Source: an uncultured Bacilli bacterium (GTDB lineage: Bacteria > Bacillota_I > Bacilli_A > ML615J-28 > CAG-698). From it: a stretch of DNA of 24,000 nt. The position numbers and the translations under genes are program-made. The stretch lies in assembly GCA_947627395.1 (NCBI GenBank), contig CANQVW010000001.1:16807-40806 (forward strand), read 5' to 3'. Below the pieces are notes generated by a model. It was not told the DNA's origin. It did no database searches and saw only the letters and a program-made list of their open reading frames with translations. This document shows, piece after piece, positions 23,775 through 24,000 of the stretch; positions within the stretch are counted from its first letter, which is position 1, and every line of letters starts with the position of its first letter.

Positions 23775-24000
23775 ATGAAAAGAATGATTTTGCTTATTCT
23801 GTTTCTATTATTTTTTATATCGGGATGCGATAAAAAACTAAAAATAGATGAAGTTGAGGTAAATGATCTTTTTCATTTGGAAGAGACAACTTATATTTAT
23901 TTTTATCGTGATTCTTGTAGTGCTTGTGAAAGAGTTAAACCTAACATTATGGATTACTTAAATAAAAAAGAGGAAGAAAAGATTCCCTTAGTTGGATGTA
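23775..24000 (+). CDS. Thioredoxin-like lipoprotein, N-terminal part (runs off the window; absent from the ORF track)
   Basis: My own translation is MKRMILLILFLLFFISGCDKKLKIDEVEVNDLFHLEETTYIYFYRDSCSACERVKPNIMDYL... It has the lipobox ISGC and the Trx-type YFYRDSCSAC (CxxC). AGAGGGA lies 5 nt upstream, and the ATG sits 1 nt after the regulator's stop codon. Confidence 0.65.
   Translation, partial: MKRMILLILFLLFFISGCDKKLKIDEVEVNDLFHLEETTYIYFYRDSCSACERVKPNIMDYLNKKEEEKIPLVGC

Overview
Low-GC (roughly 30% by eye) Bacillota-type chromosomal segment that uses the standard code: Trp is always TGG and TGA terminates genes. 22 of the 23 called genes are on the + strand. I could not run any database search, alignment or structure prediction, so all family calls rest on motifs recognised by eye in the ORF-track translations.

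Gene content, in order:
- DegV (3' part), a small membrane protein and class II fructose-bisphosphate aldolase.
- A six-gene, two-operon cluster (1686-6041) of zinc-ribbon and polytopic membrane proteins that I cannot assign to any family. One of them is fused to a RimJ/RimL-type GNAT acetyltransferase.
- A lipoprotein with three Big_2 repeats and a divergent GH3-like domain.
- A monocistronic tRNA-Thr(GGU).
- The origin-proximal-type block mnmG-rsmG-parA-mscS-DUF951, with no parB, noc or mnmE.
- An overlapping pair of ABC half-transporter genes.
- An ANT(6)-type aminoglycoside nucleotidyltransferase overlapping a third ABC exporter, followed by a YcjF/DUF697-like membrane protein.
- spoIIE.
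- A convergent rhodanese gene, then a PucR-type HTH regulator and the start of a thioredoxin-like lipoprotein.

Several sigma-A-like promoters and rho-independent terminators can be read directly. They force shorter start sites than several ORF-track calls. I saw no CRISPR array, rRNA, transposase, integrase or phage gene.

The best candidate for an undescribed system is the zinc-ribbon/TM/GNAT cluster at 1686-6041.
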